Source: Callorhinchus milii
Lineage: Eukaryota
Assembly (NCBI RefSeq): GCF_018977255.1
Contig: NW_024704743.1
Span: 90,584,001-90,648,000 of the forward strand
Length of the DNA stretch: 64,000 bases
Direction: 5' to 3'
The stretch's first letter is position 1; every line of letters starts with the position of its first letter. Shown here piece after piece: positions 1-12,259 of this stretch. The notes beneath the pieces were generated by a model that had not been told where the DNA came from, searched no databases, and saw nothing but the letters and a program-made list of their open reading frames with translations. The position numbers and the translations under genes are program-made.

Positions 1-550
1 GAACTGGGGGATGTTGGAAGGGAGCAGATTATAAGCACAAATAGAAAAGGGGGCGGGGAAGGAAAGATAACGGAAAAATTTAGGTGGAGGACAGAAAATG
101 ACAAGATCAGGGGTGTTGATGGTACAAGTCAAAAGAAGGCAATAGTGGGAGATTATAAAAAGAGAAGATGCGTCTGAGACCCATAGGATGTGTGAGTGGT
201 TACAGAAGAAGGGGGTGGGGAGGCAAGGCTGAGAGAAAATGGGAGCTCTGTTTAAGGTCTGAATGTGAATTGAAATGTCTCTTTTGATTCATTGATCTCA
301 GAAAGCTAATGCATTCCTTTCTCATCTACCCCTCAACCCTTGATTGCTGACCCAAACTCTTGCACTGACATTTATCATGAAGCAAAAAAAAGTTGTCAAA
401 ATGAAAATGCTCTTATTTCAAGGGAAAGTATGCCAAGGATGGTGTAACTATCTACATGCCGACTCTTGTACTGGCAGTTGGAAGTTTTGGCAGAGTGGAT
501 GCACAGTGTGGTGCACTTAGCTCCATGCGTTGGATTGAAATTGAATGAAA

Positions 551-830
551 AATAATAATAATAGTCCTTGCATTTGATATAGCGCCTTATCACATGATTG
601 AGACATTCCAAGGTGCTTCACAGAATATACTGTAAAGTGGATTGACTGTGTATTTTTGTGGGCAAAATGTAGCAGCCAATTGTGCACAGCAATGTCCCAC
701 AAACAGCGTTGAGTTAGTGATCAATTTTATTTGGGGGGGTTTGTTGCCAGGACACCAGGAGAAGCTCCTTTCTCTATTCAAATAGTGCCATAGGAAGATG
801 GGACCTCAGTTTAATGTCTCATCTGATCTG
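551..830 (-). mobile_element. Older SINE (Deu-domain type), 3' part
   Basis: (AAT)n tail then ccttgcatttgatatagcgc...gcagccaattgtgcacagcaatgtcccacaaac, then ctattcaaatagtgccat...gggacctcagtttaatgtctcatctga, which is shared with the other older copies. Duplicate at ~43611-43890. Confidence 0.8.
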
Positions 831-1141
831 AAAATATGCATTCCATTTCAGAAATGGGAACTTCCATGTGTAAATGGCGTGCATATATGGAACCCTCAGT
901 CTGGTTTGGATCCAGGCACCATGATGGGTCAAACATGTGTCCGACACCCGGCTGACTAAACAAAATATTCAAGAGCATTGGAAACATCTCCAAGCTCTTC
1001 ATGGGTAATTACTTTCAAGTGTAGTGACTGTTTCTATAAGCAAACACAGGAGCCATTTGAGCTCATCAAATATTATGATGAGGTGAATGATCAATTAATT
1101 TGTAGGATTGTTGGTTAGGACACTATTTGCTAAGCAAATGT

Positions 1142-1460
1142 GTGGAGTCCTGTAGCTCAGTGATTAGAGCACTCGCCTTGCAAGCGAGAAATCTGAGTTC
1201 AATTCCCAGCCGGGGAAACCTTGGGCAAGTTTCCTTAATCTGCACGCCTGATAATAATCCTTCAAGAAAAAAAAACAATAATAAATTGGTCACTTCAATC
1301 CACGACCGTTTGTGGGACACTGCTGTGTGCAATTGGCTGCCGCATTTCACCCACATCTATACAGTCAATTCACTTTACAATATATTCTGTGAAGCGCTTT
1401 GAGACGTCTAGAAGACTTGAAAAGCGCTATATCAAATGCTAGGATTATTATTATTATTAT
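1142..1460 (+). mobile_element. tRNA-Ala-derived SINE, full length, short form
   Basis: GTGGAGTCCTGTAGCTCAGTG head with A box and B box (GAGTTCAATTCC), shared body, tail AAGCGCTATATCAAATGCTAGG(ATT)n. Duplicate at ~44202-44517. Confidence 0.92.
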
Positions 1461-2894
1461 AAATGACTTGATTAAAAAAACTTTAATCATAATTTATTGG
1501 TATTTCTGGCCACGAGAAACTTGACGTGTTTTAAGCAATTGTCAACTATTGTGACCCAAAGTCCCAACAATATAAGGAATCTCTGTAGGCAAAATAATAT
1601 TAATTATTCAGTGTCAGTTTGCATTTGCCATTTAGATGTTAAACACCAAACAGCTTTGAAGAATTATTATGTTTTTATTGTCATTTTGTCAGTATCTAAA
1701 TAAAAGCACTGAAATCTCATCTTCTGAGGCCACATATAGAAAGAAGGTAATAATATTAGGACAGATCTATTCACAGGTGAAAAATATTAAAGAATAAATC
1801 ACTTAATTGTTCCAATCTGCCATTTCTACTTGTTCGGTGTATTGACTTCTAGTTTCAATGCGTTCAGTCCTGTAACCAATTTTGTGCTATTTGATTCAAT
1901 GTTTCTACTTTTAACTAATTCCCTCAGGTTAGATTGACCTCAGAGGCCAGTCGACCAAATTGTGGAATCTGCAAAATGCAGGAACAACTATTTTAGGAAC
2001 TTGCTGATAATGAAATTCCGGTTTGCAAATGCTGCGTATTAGATTCCACATTATTAAATATAGTAAAGGCTGCAGAATAGTAAATTTGGAATGACTGTAA
2101 CTGAATACCACATCAGGTCTTTAAGTCCCACTGATAAGTGCAATAAATTCCATTTAGAATGGTTTATCACTGGGTACTAATAATACAATTCTAATATGTA
2201 ATCTTTTTGTATTATTTTATTGATATCCAATTTTATTTCAACTAGCATAAAACCAATTATAATCAAACTAGCATGGAATCAGAGTGTTCATGCTTCTCTC
2301 TCATAATGTTATCATGTTTCTTTTTGCCAGAAAAAGCAATAAATTATGATTAAATCAAGCTGTTTGCATAAAAGATTTATTCTCTCTTCACAAAGAATTG
2401 AAATGGATTGTATTTTTCTCCAAAGAATTGTTGTCCTTCATTTTGACCTCCCCCCACCTTCCCCAAGCTGTATTGAAGTCAAACACTTCTCCCTTGCGGT
2501 GTTGTGTAAAACAAAACATTACTCATTACAAAACGAGTGACAAAGGAGAAAAATAATGATTACAGGTTATTTTTTATAAATGTATTTTTTAATTCAAAAT
2601 GTTTTGACAACAGCCTCATAGCTGCATGCTTTTATTTCACCTCTGGCAAAGGTGAGTATGACTGTACAACATCCATTATTGTAGCCAGAGTCAGCCTTAT
2701 GCAACATAAGCCAAACCCCATCGAGACAATTGTTTCTTGCAATTCCATTCAGGGAGTGGGGAAGTAGTTGTCTGGGTGTTTCAATGAACTTTGAAAATTT
2801 CTTAGCAATAGGAAACAAAAGTCATGGTCAAAGGAAAACGTTTGTCAAGGCTGTGACTTGTCAGACTGTCACAGTGGTTCTGGGATTTCTCCTA

Positions 2895-3105
2895 TTCACA
2901 CCATTCAAAAATGATTTTGACGAGAGTGCTTATAGCCACCATGACAATAGTGCTTTCGATCTCCCTGCTTCCCCCCCTGCCCTCCACCCTCCACCACCCA
3001 CCACCCCGACCCCCAGCTCGGGTCTGAAACTCTGTCTGTTCAGCATCTTGGGACGTCCTCTCGATGTGAAAGACGCTATACAAATGTAACTTAGTTGTTA
3101 TTATT
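2895..3105 (+). mobile_element. L2-clade LINE 3' end fragment
   Basis: gtgctttcgatctccc...C-rich tract...cagcatcttgggacgtcctctcgatgtgaaagacgctatacaaatgtaacttagttgttatt matches the 3' ends of the other L2 copies. Confidence 0.7.
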
Positions 3106-4989
3106 AGATTGTGATTTCAAATACATATCTGTAACAGGAGTTGCAAATAATGACTGTGATTTGCAAATATAAACTCCTGTCAGTAGCCAGAAGTTCTGTT
3201 TCAGAAGGAGATGGAGCCTCAGTGAGCTCTTGTGGTTTGACATGAATTGGAGTTTTTGCGTTAGTGACTATAGTGAGCATTTCAGTTCACCATTCACTCT
3301 GCATAACAAACACAGACAGATAACAGTATTTAGAGGACATTTTCTATATTATCCATTTTTTCAGGAATTCATATCAGTAAGTGTTTTAGGTCACTACATA
3401 CTGTATACAATATTGTATTGTAAATCTACTGAAAATGGTTACGTGGGAAACTTAGAATAGCAAAACGGAAAGGTAATGTGTTAGATTCATGCTTTCTTGC
3501 TCTTTAACATTTAGTCAGCCTTTTTACATTCAATGTAATGACATCCAACTGTGCTCCTGCTGTGGCTTAGTATTCATTTTAGTAATGCAAATCTAATAAA
3601 AAGTACCAGTGGTATTCAGGTTTGTAAGCATATTGTGATATATCGCTGTAATCCAACCTGCCCAGGAATTTTAATCTCTTCACTGTTGAGTTTATTTTGG
3701 ATTCCAGCATTATCCTTTTATGCCATCTGGCTTTGAAAAATTGGACAGGCTAAATTGGTCCAATTCTGGAGTCTAGGTTGCTGATTATGTGGTGATTTCT
3801 AACAGGATTCCTTTCTAAAGATGTATGTACGTCATGCCACATTGTGCAAACTGCTCTGATGGGATTATATTTCTGCCGCGAGTCAAGATGATGAACGTGG
3901 TGTACTTCTGGTGACTGGTAGGAATCCCCACTCGTGGGAAGTCTCAAAAACAATTGCTTCAAATGAAATTACATCACATTGAATGAGGAAATTCTCTCCG
4001 ATTAAAATGGGCTCAGTTTGGGAGTGGATTTCCCACCACTTGGTGTGCGTTACTTTTGATTACTGAAAGGAGTTCACTACTTGGGTTCTTTAATTGTTAG
4101 GATTATTTGAAACAAAGTTCCAAAATAATGAATAATCACTTGGCTGGTGAAGCATGTTACTTATGATCAAGTAATCCTGCTTGAAATCCCTTGGTTTGAG
4201 ATCCTAGTCTCATGAAAATGATCATCAATTAAAAATGAGATTTTAGAGATTAGTGACCTTCATTCTGCAATTGATCACAGTGTTACTTGGGATATGGTTC
4301 CTTCACTGAATGAGATGAGGTAGAGCTGGGTCCCCTAGTCAACACTTGAACAAACTCACTAATAAATACACCCTAGTCTTTTGGCTTCCTGGAATTTACT
4401 CATAAACTGGTACCAACCCTTTCTATCATGCGGTTGACCAGTACTGTGGAAGTTTGCTTCAAATAATATTAACAGTGAAGGATAAATGTTTTGACCATTT
4501 CTTTCCATAATTAAATCCTGAAAATCGATATGCCTCAAAAATAATGAAGAATGTCCTTAAAGGTCACAGAAGCAGGTTTTCCACTCTTAACAGGTAAAAT
4601 CCATTCCTTATGTATGTTCTGATCTGCCCAATTGTAGAACTTTTTTGTTTGGTAGAAAAGTTCAACTATTTGATAGCTGTTTTATTTTGTTGTTTGTCTC
4701 TGCACATTCCAAGCAAAATATGTGATTTGGTATTCTGTGCTGTACAACGCACAGGCAGCATTAAGGGTTTCAATGTCAGGCAATATTGGACATTCACACT
4801 CTGTAAAAGTGAAGAGCAATGCTGAAATGTTCATTATTTCTGTGATGGAAAACACAATAATCAGAAATAGATTCACAAATATTATTCACTCCGATCTGGA
4901 AATAGTTTGTGTTAGAGCAGAGTTCATAGATTGTCATTGCGTTTTCTAGTCCCTTCATTGGATCTTAGAACTTCATTTAATTGAAATAC

Positions 4990-7370
4990 CTTTATTATCA
5001 GCAACCAGGAGGACAATAATAACTCCAAAGTCCTATTCTCCACTGTCCACCACCTCCTCCGTGAACCTCCTCAAGCAGCCTCAATCAACCAGTCTAACGC
5101 CAAGTGTGAAGAGATATAGACTTCCTTACCTCTAAAATTGACAACATCCACCCGGCAGCTTCATCCCTCTGCCCCATGTCACCTACCACCACCCCCATTC
5201 CCTCGCCCTCATGCACCCCGCCCTCAGTTCCTACCTCGGCCTCCATCCTACATTCATTTACCCCCATCCCTCCTTCCTCCCTCTCATCCACCATCACCAC
5301 AATGAAACCCATCAGCTGCTGCCTCAAACGCCTTCCCACCCAACTGCTGATCACTCAGTTCCCCCTCCTCTGCCCACTGCTGGCAGACATTATTAACCAG
5401 TCTCTCTCCTCATGATCAGTCCCACTCGGCCTCAAAACCCCAGTCATTACCCCTCTCCTTAAAAAACCTACCCTCAATCTCTCCAACCTCAGCTAATACC
5501 GCCCTGTCTCAAACCTGTCCTTCCTTGCCAAAGCTCTGAAATGCATTATTGCCAACCAACTTTGTGCACACAACAACAACAAGATTCCATTTATAGAGCG
5601 TCGGGAGGACGTCCCAAGGCGCTGTACAGTTGGGTCAGGAACTGAGCAAGGGGGAAATGGTCAGGGTGAGGGGAGGGGAGGGAATGGAGGGAGCGAGGAG
5701 GGGGTAGAGAGTCGAGAGGGGAGCTGAAGGCACGGGTCAAAAAGAAAGGTCTTGAGACCGGCCTTGAAGGAGGAATGGGAGGAGGCGGCGAAGGCACTGG
5801 GGGATGGAGTTCCAGAGCCTAGGGGCTGAGAGGCTGAAGGCCCGGCACCGATGGTAGGGCGGTTGGGGCGGGGGATGTGGAGCAGACCGGAGCCAGAGGA
5901 ACGGAGGGTACAGGTAGGTAGGGGGATAGTAGGTTGGAGAGGTAGGAGGGAGCGAGGCCGTGAATGGCCCTTGTAGGTGAGGATAAGGATCTTGAATTCG
6001 ATCCTCTGGGGGATGTTGAGCCAGTGGAGGCGAGTGAGGGTGGGAGTGATGTGGTCCCGAAGCCTGGTGCGGGACAGTACACGAGCTGCAGAGTTCTGAA
6101 TGACCTGCAGCTTGTGGAGGGAGGTGCCGGGAAGGCCGGCGAGGAGAGAGTTCCCATAGTCCAGCCTTGAGGTGATAAAGGCGTGGACCAGAGTTTCAGC
6201 AGCGTGAGGGGTGAGGTAATGCCGTAGTCTGGCGATGTTCCGGAGGTGATGGAAGGTGGTGCCAGTTGTGGCGCAGATATGAGGGAGAAAGGACAGCTCA
6301 GGGTTGAATAGAACACCAAGGTTCCTGACTGGCTTTGAGAGGTGGAGAGTGCAGCCTACTCGAACCCATCCAGTCCGGTTTCCTCTCTGCCCACAGTACA
6401 GAGACAGCGCTCGTGAAGGTCACAAACAATATCCTCTCTATCTGTGACCAGGGCTCCCTCTGCCTCCTGGATCTCTCCACCATGTTTGACACAGTTGATC
6501 ACGCCATCCTCCTCCACCGCTTGTCCTCCATCATCCACCTCAGTGGGACCGCACTCGCTTGGTTCGAGTCCTACCTTACAAACCGCCAGCACTATATTTC
6601 TGCAAATGGCTTTTCTTCTCGCTTCCACCCAGTCACCTGGGAGTACCCCAAGAATCCATCCTTGGCCCCCTTCTCTTCCTCATCTATATGCTCCCTCTCG
6701 GTGATGTCATCCGCAGACACGGGATTAACTTTCACATGTATGCAGATGACACTCAACTCTACTTTTCCACCTCCACCTGTGACCCCCAGTCCCCTGATGT
6801 TCTGTCATCTTGTCTGTCGGACATCAGGAGCTGGATGAGCGCAAATTTCCTGCAGTTAAACGTCAACAAGACAGAAGCCATACTCTTTGGCTCCCACCAA
6901 TGTCTTCTGACCTCCTCAATTTACCCGAACTGCCCTTAAAACTCTCTTAACCCATGCGGAACTTAGGCACCAGGTTTGATCCCCAGTTGTCCTTCCTCCC
7001 CCACATTCGGTCCCTGACCAGCACCGCTTTCTTCCATCTCTGCCACATTGCCCATCTCCGACAATATTTCACCTCTAAAACTGCCGAAATTCTTGTCCAT
7101 GCCTTTGTCAACTCTCGGTTGGACTACTCTAATGCCCTCCTCACCGGTCTCCCCTCCTCCACTATTCACAAAATTCAGCTCATTCAAAACTCCGCTGCCC
7201 ACATTTTCACCCGCACCAAACTTTGTACCCTGATTACTCCAGTCCTTGCCAAATTCCACTGGCTCCCGGTCACAGGGCAGATCGACTTCAAGATCCTTAT
7301 TCTAGTGTTTAAATCCCTCCATTTCTTTGCACCTCCCCATCTCTCTAACCTCCTCTCTCCCCACAGCACT
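4990..7370 (+). mobile_element. L2-clade LINE ORF2 (reverse transcriptase) relic, frameshifted, split by a nested insertion
   Basis: RT motifs across frames: TPVITPLLKKPTL (intact in the copy-2 ORF), EPIQSGF...HSTETALVKVTN, LLDLSTMFDTVDHAILL, GVPQESILGPLLFLIY, FHMYADDTQLY, NFLQLNVNKTE, LVHAFVNSRLDYSNALL, HWLPV...IDFKIL. Duplicate at ~48070-50450. Confidence 0.95.
5571..6356 (-). mobile_element. 5'-truncated L2 LINE nested in inverted orientation inside the 4990-7370 L2
   Basis: Starts on + with (caa)n-gattccatttatagagcgtcgggaggacgtcccaaggcgctg, i.e. a minus-strand tail ending (TTG)n. Encodes AIHGLAPSYLSNLL and SFKAGLKTFLFDRAF (copy-2 ORF). Duplicate at ~48654-49437. Confidence 0.92.
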
Positions 7371-8148
7371 CTACCTAGTCAATTTTGCACCCTTTCCCGA
7401 CTGGAATCATGATCTGGGTTAATATTTGTGCAGTGTTGCACAGTAGCCACAAGTATGTTTTATGATATTGGAATGGTGAGAGTCAGCTTGGAAGCTTTGA
7501 GTGGCAGATTTCTTCACAACCCAGTATCATTGGCAAGAAGCACAACTGAAGAAGATCATTTAGACCTTTATACACAGCCAAGTCCCTACATTGCACAAGC
7601 TCACAGAGTCTATCGATGCTCAGAGAGCCCATCAATCCAGGAATTGTCAAAACCCACCAAATAATACAGGCAGAGCAAGAAGCAGTTTGGTATCTGAGCT
7701 GTGACTTTACACTAAGGATGCACTTGGCCAGCAAGATATCAGATGTAATATACATATACATTCTGCTTTGAGATATGAAAACATACTGTACAACTTCAAA
7801 TCTTGAAGCAATAACTGGGATAATTAAAATAATACCAAATTACATTTCTATAGCACTTTTCATGTCGCTAAGATGTCACAAAGCATTGAAAAGAATATAA
7901 TATAAATCAGTTTTAACCAAAACCAGTTTTAGCATCTTGAGAATAGCCCCTGGTATTTACAGTCATCACCTGTTAAATTCATCTTAGATATTATATGCTC
8001 TTAACCAAAATTGCTCCCTTCAGATATAAAAGCAACTGCAGCCTCTGTTTGATCTGAAGATTTGTAGTTGGGACAAAAGCACTAAGAGGAATTTGTTCTT
8101 TAGTGATTATGTTTCATTACATCGAGACTCAACTATGCAAACTCACTA

Positions 8149-8475
8149 CTTTATCACACCTTTGAGACATCTCAAAGTGCTTCACAGAATATACTGTTAA
8201 ATGAAATGACTGTATATTTTGTGGGCGAATCTCGGCAGCCAATTGCGCACAGCAGTGTCCCACAAACAATCGTGGGTTGAGTGACCAAATTATTAATATT
8301 ATTTTTTGAAGGGATTATTCTGCCAACCAACTAACAACTGAGTTCCTACTTACTGCAAGTAAACAGGTGTCTGGAGTAAGGAAACTTGACCAACGTTTTG
8401 CCCTGCCTGGGAATCAAACCCAGGTCTTCTTGCTTGCAAGGCAAATGCTCTGACCACTAAGCTACAGGACTCCAC
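8149..8475 (-). mobile_element. tRNA-derived SINE, long form, diverged
   Basis: Ends gctacaggactccac on + and contains the internal gagttcctacttactgcaagtaaacagg segment. Confidence 0.85.
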
Positions 8476-9929
8476 AGGCCTTAACACAGGCCTTTATTAT
8501 GGAGAATAAATACTATGATAGCAGAACTCTTTCTGTTTCAAAAACACAAAAAATGCTTGGCTTTGCAGACTCAAGCAGGCAATGCAAAGATAGAGGGGAA
8601 CTGTAGAATCAGAGGGCTGATCACTGGCAAATGATTTGCCTACCAATACAGAGTCACTAAACATTACAGAAAAACTATACAACACTCTGAGACTTTTGAC
8701 ATAATGAGGCGCTATATCAAATGCAAGGATTACTATTATTATTAAAGGTTGTTCAATGCAGATAGAACTTGTTAGGGGGCAGTTGGATGGGACTTAGAGA
8801 TGTTGCTTACCACATCTGTGTCCGAACACTGTAGCAGGAACATAGCAATAATTTGTACATATTCAAAAATTTTGTTTAGGATGAGCATCTCACAACATTT
8901 CACAAATACTATTGGGATTCCCAAGGAAAATGCAAGAGCTTTGAGATGTTAAGCCAAAGTCATGTCTGCCTGCTCAGATGGACAATAAAGATTCCATTGG
9001 CAGTATTCAAAAATAAAAGAAAGTTTCTCCTGGTATCATGTCCAACAATCCCGCAGCTAAAATTGGACATTCACTTCATGATTCATTGTGGTAAATTGTT
9101 GTACGCAAATTGGCTGCCTCATTTATCTACAAATAGAGTCTCTATACTTTACAACATTTTGTGAAGCTCTTTGAGATGTCTCCCAGAGGCAAGGAATGTT
9201 ATTATTCATTCTCATTTTCTCCATTCTTTATTATATGTGTTCATTGTGATTTAGTTCAATGTAATAGAGTAAACCACATCTAAAAATCTTGGAATGTGCA
9301 AAATGGCATGACTTGTTTGGCTTTCATACATCTCATACACATATGGTGCTTACAATGTGCCCTGGGATTTTTTGCAATGCAACAGGGATTTACAGGAAAC
9401 ACGTGGAGTAAAGCACATTATTACGAAAATTGACTATGCTAAAGTCACGTTGTTTGCGAAGAGGGCATGTCTTTCAGTTAACAAATAATAGCGGTACAAA
9501 CACTTTATTGCAAGTAATAATGTAAAAATTGCAATATTGCAAAAATTCTTGCAGACAATTAAGGTACAAATAATTGAAAGGCACTGTTAATAAAGCAGGT
9601 CATTTCATTAGCCTGTGCTGTGGAGCTAAGCTTCTAAATCATTCAGTTGTTTTCAATTTCATTGTTCATGTGGAATAGATTACAGGTGCAGATGGGGTGA
9701 CTCTAGAGCAATATTAAAGAATCAAATATGCCAGTACTGAGAAAAAAATACCGTAAGGTACCCACTGACTCTTGGCTTGTATAATTATTTTTTGGAAAAA
9801 AATCCTATTAAACATATTTTCGATAATAAAAAGCACTAAACAGTCACCACTCAGCTAAGTATTTGTTACAAATCTGGTAGCAATAACACAGAAAAACAAA
9901 ATAACCTGGTCAGTTAAGAAAATAAGTAA

Positions 9930-10554
9930 TCTATCTTTATTATCATTTATACTAATAAAATAACAATGTCTGTCTGTGCTTCAAGAAGGATTTCAATAAT
10001 CGATTGAAGTAGAGACATGATTTATATCTCATCGGAAAGGTCTTACATCTGGGAGTGGCACGGGCATATTTATTTTTGGGTATCTCCTGTCATTCATGAG
10101 TTATTTTCAGTTTTGCGTTTTTCGCTGCAGTTACACCTGGTGGTCGCCGAGTCGAAGTGGCACTGTGGCATCCTGCGTCACAGAGCACACACGTACCCAA
10201 GCGATGAGAACAAAATAAAGAACACAAACAAAGCTAAGCCGCGGCAACAACAAAATTACATTATTAAAGTGCCTTTCACATCGGGAGGACGTTCCAGTGA
10301 TTATAAATATATATTTATATTTATCATTATAAAGATGCCTAAGCAAAAATCAAACCTTTCAAGTATAAGTAGAAATACTAGACAAAAATGAGAAGGCCCA
10401 TAAATGAAACTGAAGAACAAAGTCAACCCGCAGGAGTCCTCCCACATGAGTATAGATAAAGCTGAAATGTCTGTCTATGTGTCTGTCTGTGTGTCAACCA
10501 ACATTCCATATTGGATCCTTTGGTTGCAAGCAAAGCTGCAATGGGTACAACTAG
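9930..10554 (+). mobile_element. Non-autonomous Helitron-like element (composite)
   Basis: 5' A|TCTATC...TATACTAATAAAA...TGTCTGTCTG. 3' hairpin TTGCA(A)GC-AAA-GCTGCAA (10524-10541) lies 9 nt before CTAG|T (10551-10555). No TSD. Duplicate at 53013-53636. Confidence 0.6.
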
Positions 10555-10999
10555 TATAAAATAACTAGCTTTGAATCTGAAACTGTTTGGTACAGACAGC
10601 AAGTACCTACATGTATTAGTTACACTAAGACCATCCAAATATGGCCAACTCTCATTAAAACACTTATTTTCTGATGGAGGAGCTTTACATTTGATCAATT
10701 ATTTTCCATTCTGGAGCCTTGCTAAAGAACAGTTAATCCCTGCACATATGGCCTTAGAACAATATGTCCACAGCTTTGACTCTCTGAAAGTTAGCAGTGA
10801 AAATTGCAATATGCAATGTGTTGATTATCCCTGACTGTGTTTGTCCCCCCAAAATCTAAGACAGTCCTTAATTATCGTCTAGTTTGAATGTAACACCCCA
10901 CTTTGCTAACCATAGTGCAAAAAAATGGGTTTCATTGAGCTATCTGTGAAATCAAAAGCAAATGGTAAAGTTTGGCTGATTATTTCAATGTCTCGCAGG

Positions 11000-11268
11000 T
11001 TAGGATGAATGAGATGATGACCAATTAATCTGAAGGATTGTTGTTTGGAGAAAACTACATTCCCTATTTAAATATTGTTATAGATCTTCAATACTCACCT
11101 AAACATGCATCGGGACTTTGGTTTAATATCTCATCCAAAAAATAGCACCTCCAACAATACAGCATTTGCCCAGTGTCAACCAAATCTATAAGGTCAAGTC
11201 CCAACATGGAACTTGTACTTACAGCTTTTTGACCTAGAATTAAGAGTGCTACCAGCTGAGCCAAGCTG
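11000..11268 (-). mobile_element. Older SINE fragment (head and central part)
   Basis: aagagtgctaccagctgagccaagctga is the reverse complement of the TCAGCTTGGCTCAGCTGGTAGCACTCTT head. Central ggtttaatatctcatcc. Confidence 0.7.
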
Positions 11269-11945
11269 AAGAATTTATGTTCAAAATTATGTCAAACCGC
11301 ATGCAATCAACCTGCCAGTACACTGAATTTCACATTGGTTTGTTCTTACGAATTTGAAGTCACAGAAAGTAGGTGAAGTTCAATAAGCAGTTTGTCGAAT
11401 AATAGGTGAAAGCAATCTTCAAATAAATCTCCCTTTCGATTGGAACGTAGAACATAATGGAGGAACTATGAAGGTGAGGTGAAGTTCGGTACCAAATACC
11501 GTGTTTACAAAATATGTTATGGAATCTGTTATGGAACATTACCTTTTGCAATGTAAAGACTATGTATGTGTATTCTCAATGTCCCACCCACCTCCGACTT
11601 CAGCACCAAACCAATTCCAAGATTTTCAGTCTGCAGCTTGGACTCCCATTAAATTTAATGTTCCGGATATTGCAACAAGCATTTCAGTGCCACTTCATAG
11701 GTTATCGAGCAATGCTGCTCCCATCACAGAGGCACTGAAACGTTGTTATTGGAAACAACAATGGCATAATGGAAATCATTGAGATAACCAGCGATCCGAA
11801 GTTAGTGGGGAGTTGGCAGTTTCACCAGTGGTCATTATTTAGGAATAGATGTAAAATGAACTTCTTTTGCTGAGGACTACCAAAATTCTTGTAAAGCCAA
11901 GATCTTCATCCCTGAGTCTCTATACTGTACCATCAGCTCACTGTA

Positions 11946-12259
11946 ATAATAATAATAATCCTTGCATTTGATATAGCGCTTTTCACGTCGGGAGGACGTC
12001 CCAAAGCGCTTCACAGAACACACTGTAAAGTGAATTGACTGTATATTTGTGGGCGAAAGCGGCAGCCAATTGCGCACAGCAATGTCCCACAACAGTCGTA
12101 GATTGAAAATGACCAATTTATTATTGTTTTTTGTTTTGGAGATTATTATTAGGCTCTGTGTGGAGTAAGGAAACTTGCCCAAGGTTTCGCCCTGCCTGGA
12201 ATTGAACTCAGGTCTCTTGCTTGCAAAGCGAGTGCTCTAACCACTGAGCTACAGGACTC
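11946..12259 (-). mobile_element. Young tRNA-Ala SINE, present in copy 1 only
   Basis: Near-complete, CpG-rich copy. Absent at the equivalent site 55027/55028 (309-bp difference). Confidence 0.97.

Noticed and set aside
396..1402. Recurring short ORFs containing IKCKDYYYY or NIQSIHFTVYSV
   Set aside because: These are translations of the SINE body and tail, which recur throughout the window; not a peptide gene family.
1928..1996. Possible plus-strand terminal exon (ccctcag|VRLTSEASRPNCGICKMQEQLF*), considered as the 3' end of a tail-to-tail neighbour such as C18orf63
   Set aside because: No recognisable similarity, and splice-like motifs are frequent by chance. I could not identify any C18orf63 exon in the window.
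5094..7412. Long ORFs of 120-170 aa (also 26281-27088, 16892-17943 and their copy-2 duplicates)
   Set aside because: Frameshifted L2/CR1 ORF2 pieces or their antisense and alternate frames; not host genes.
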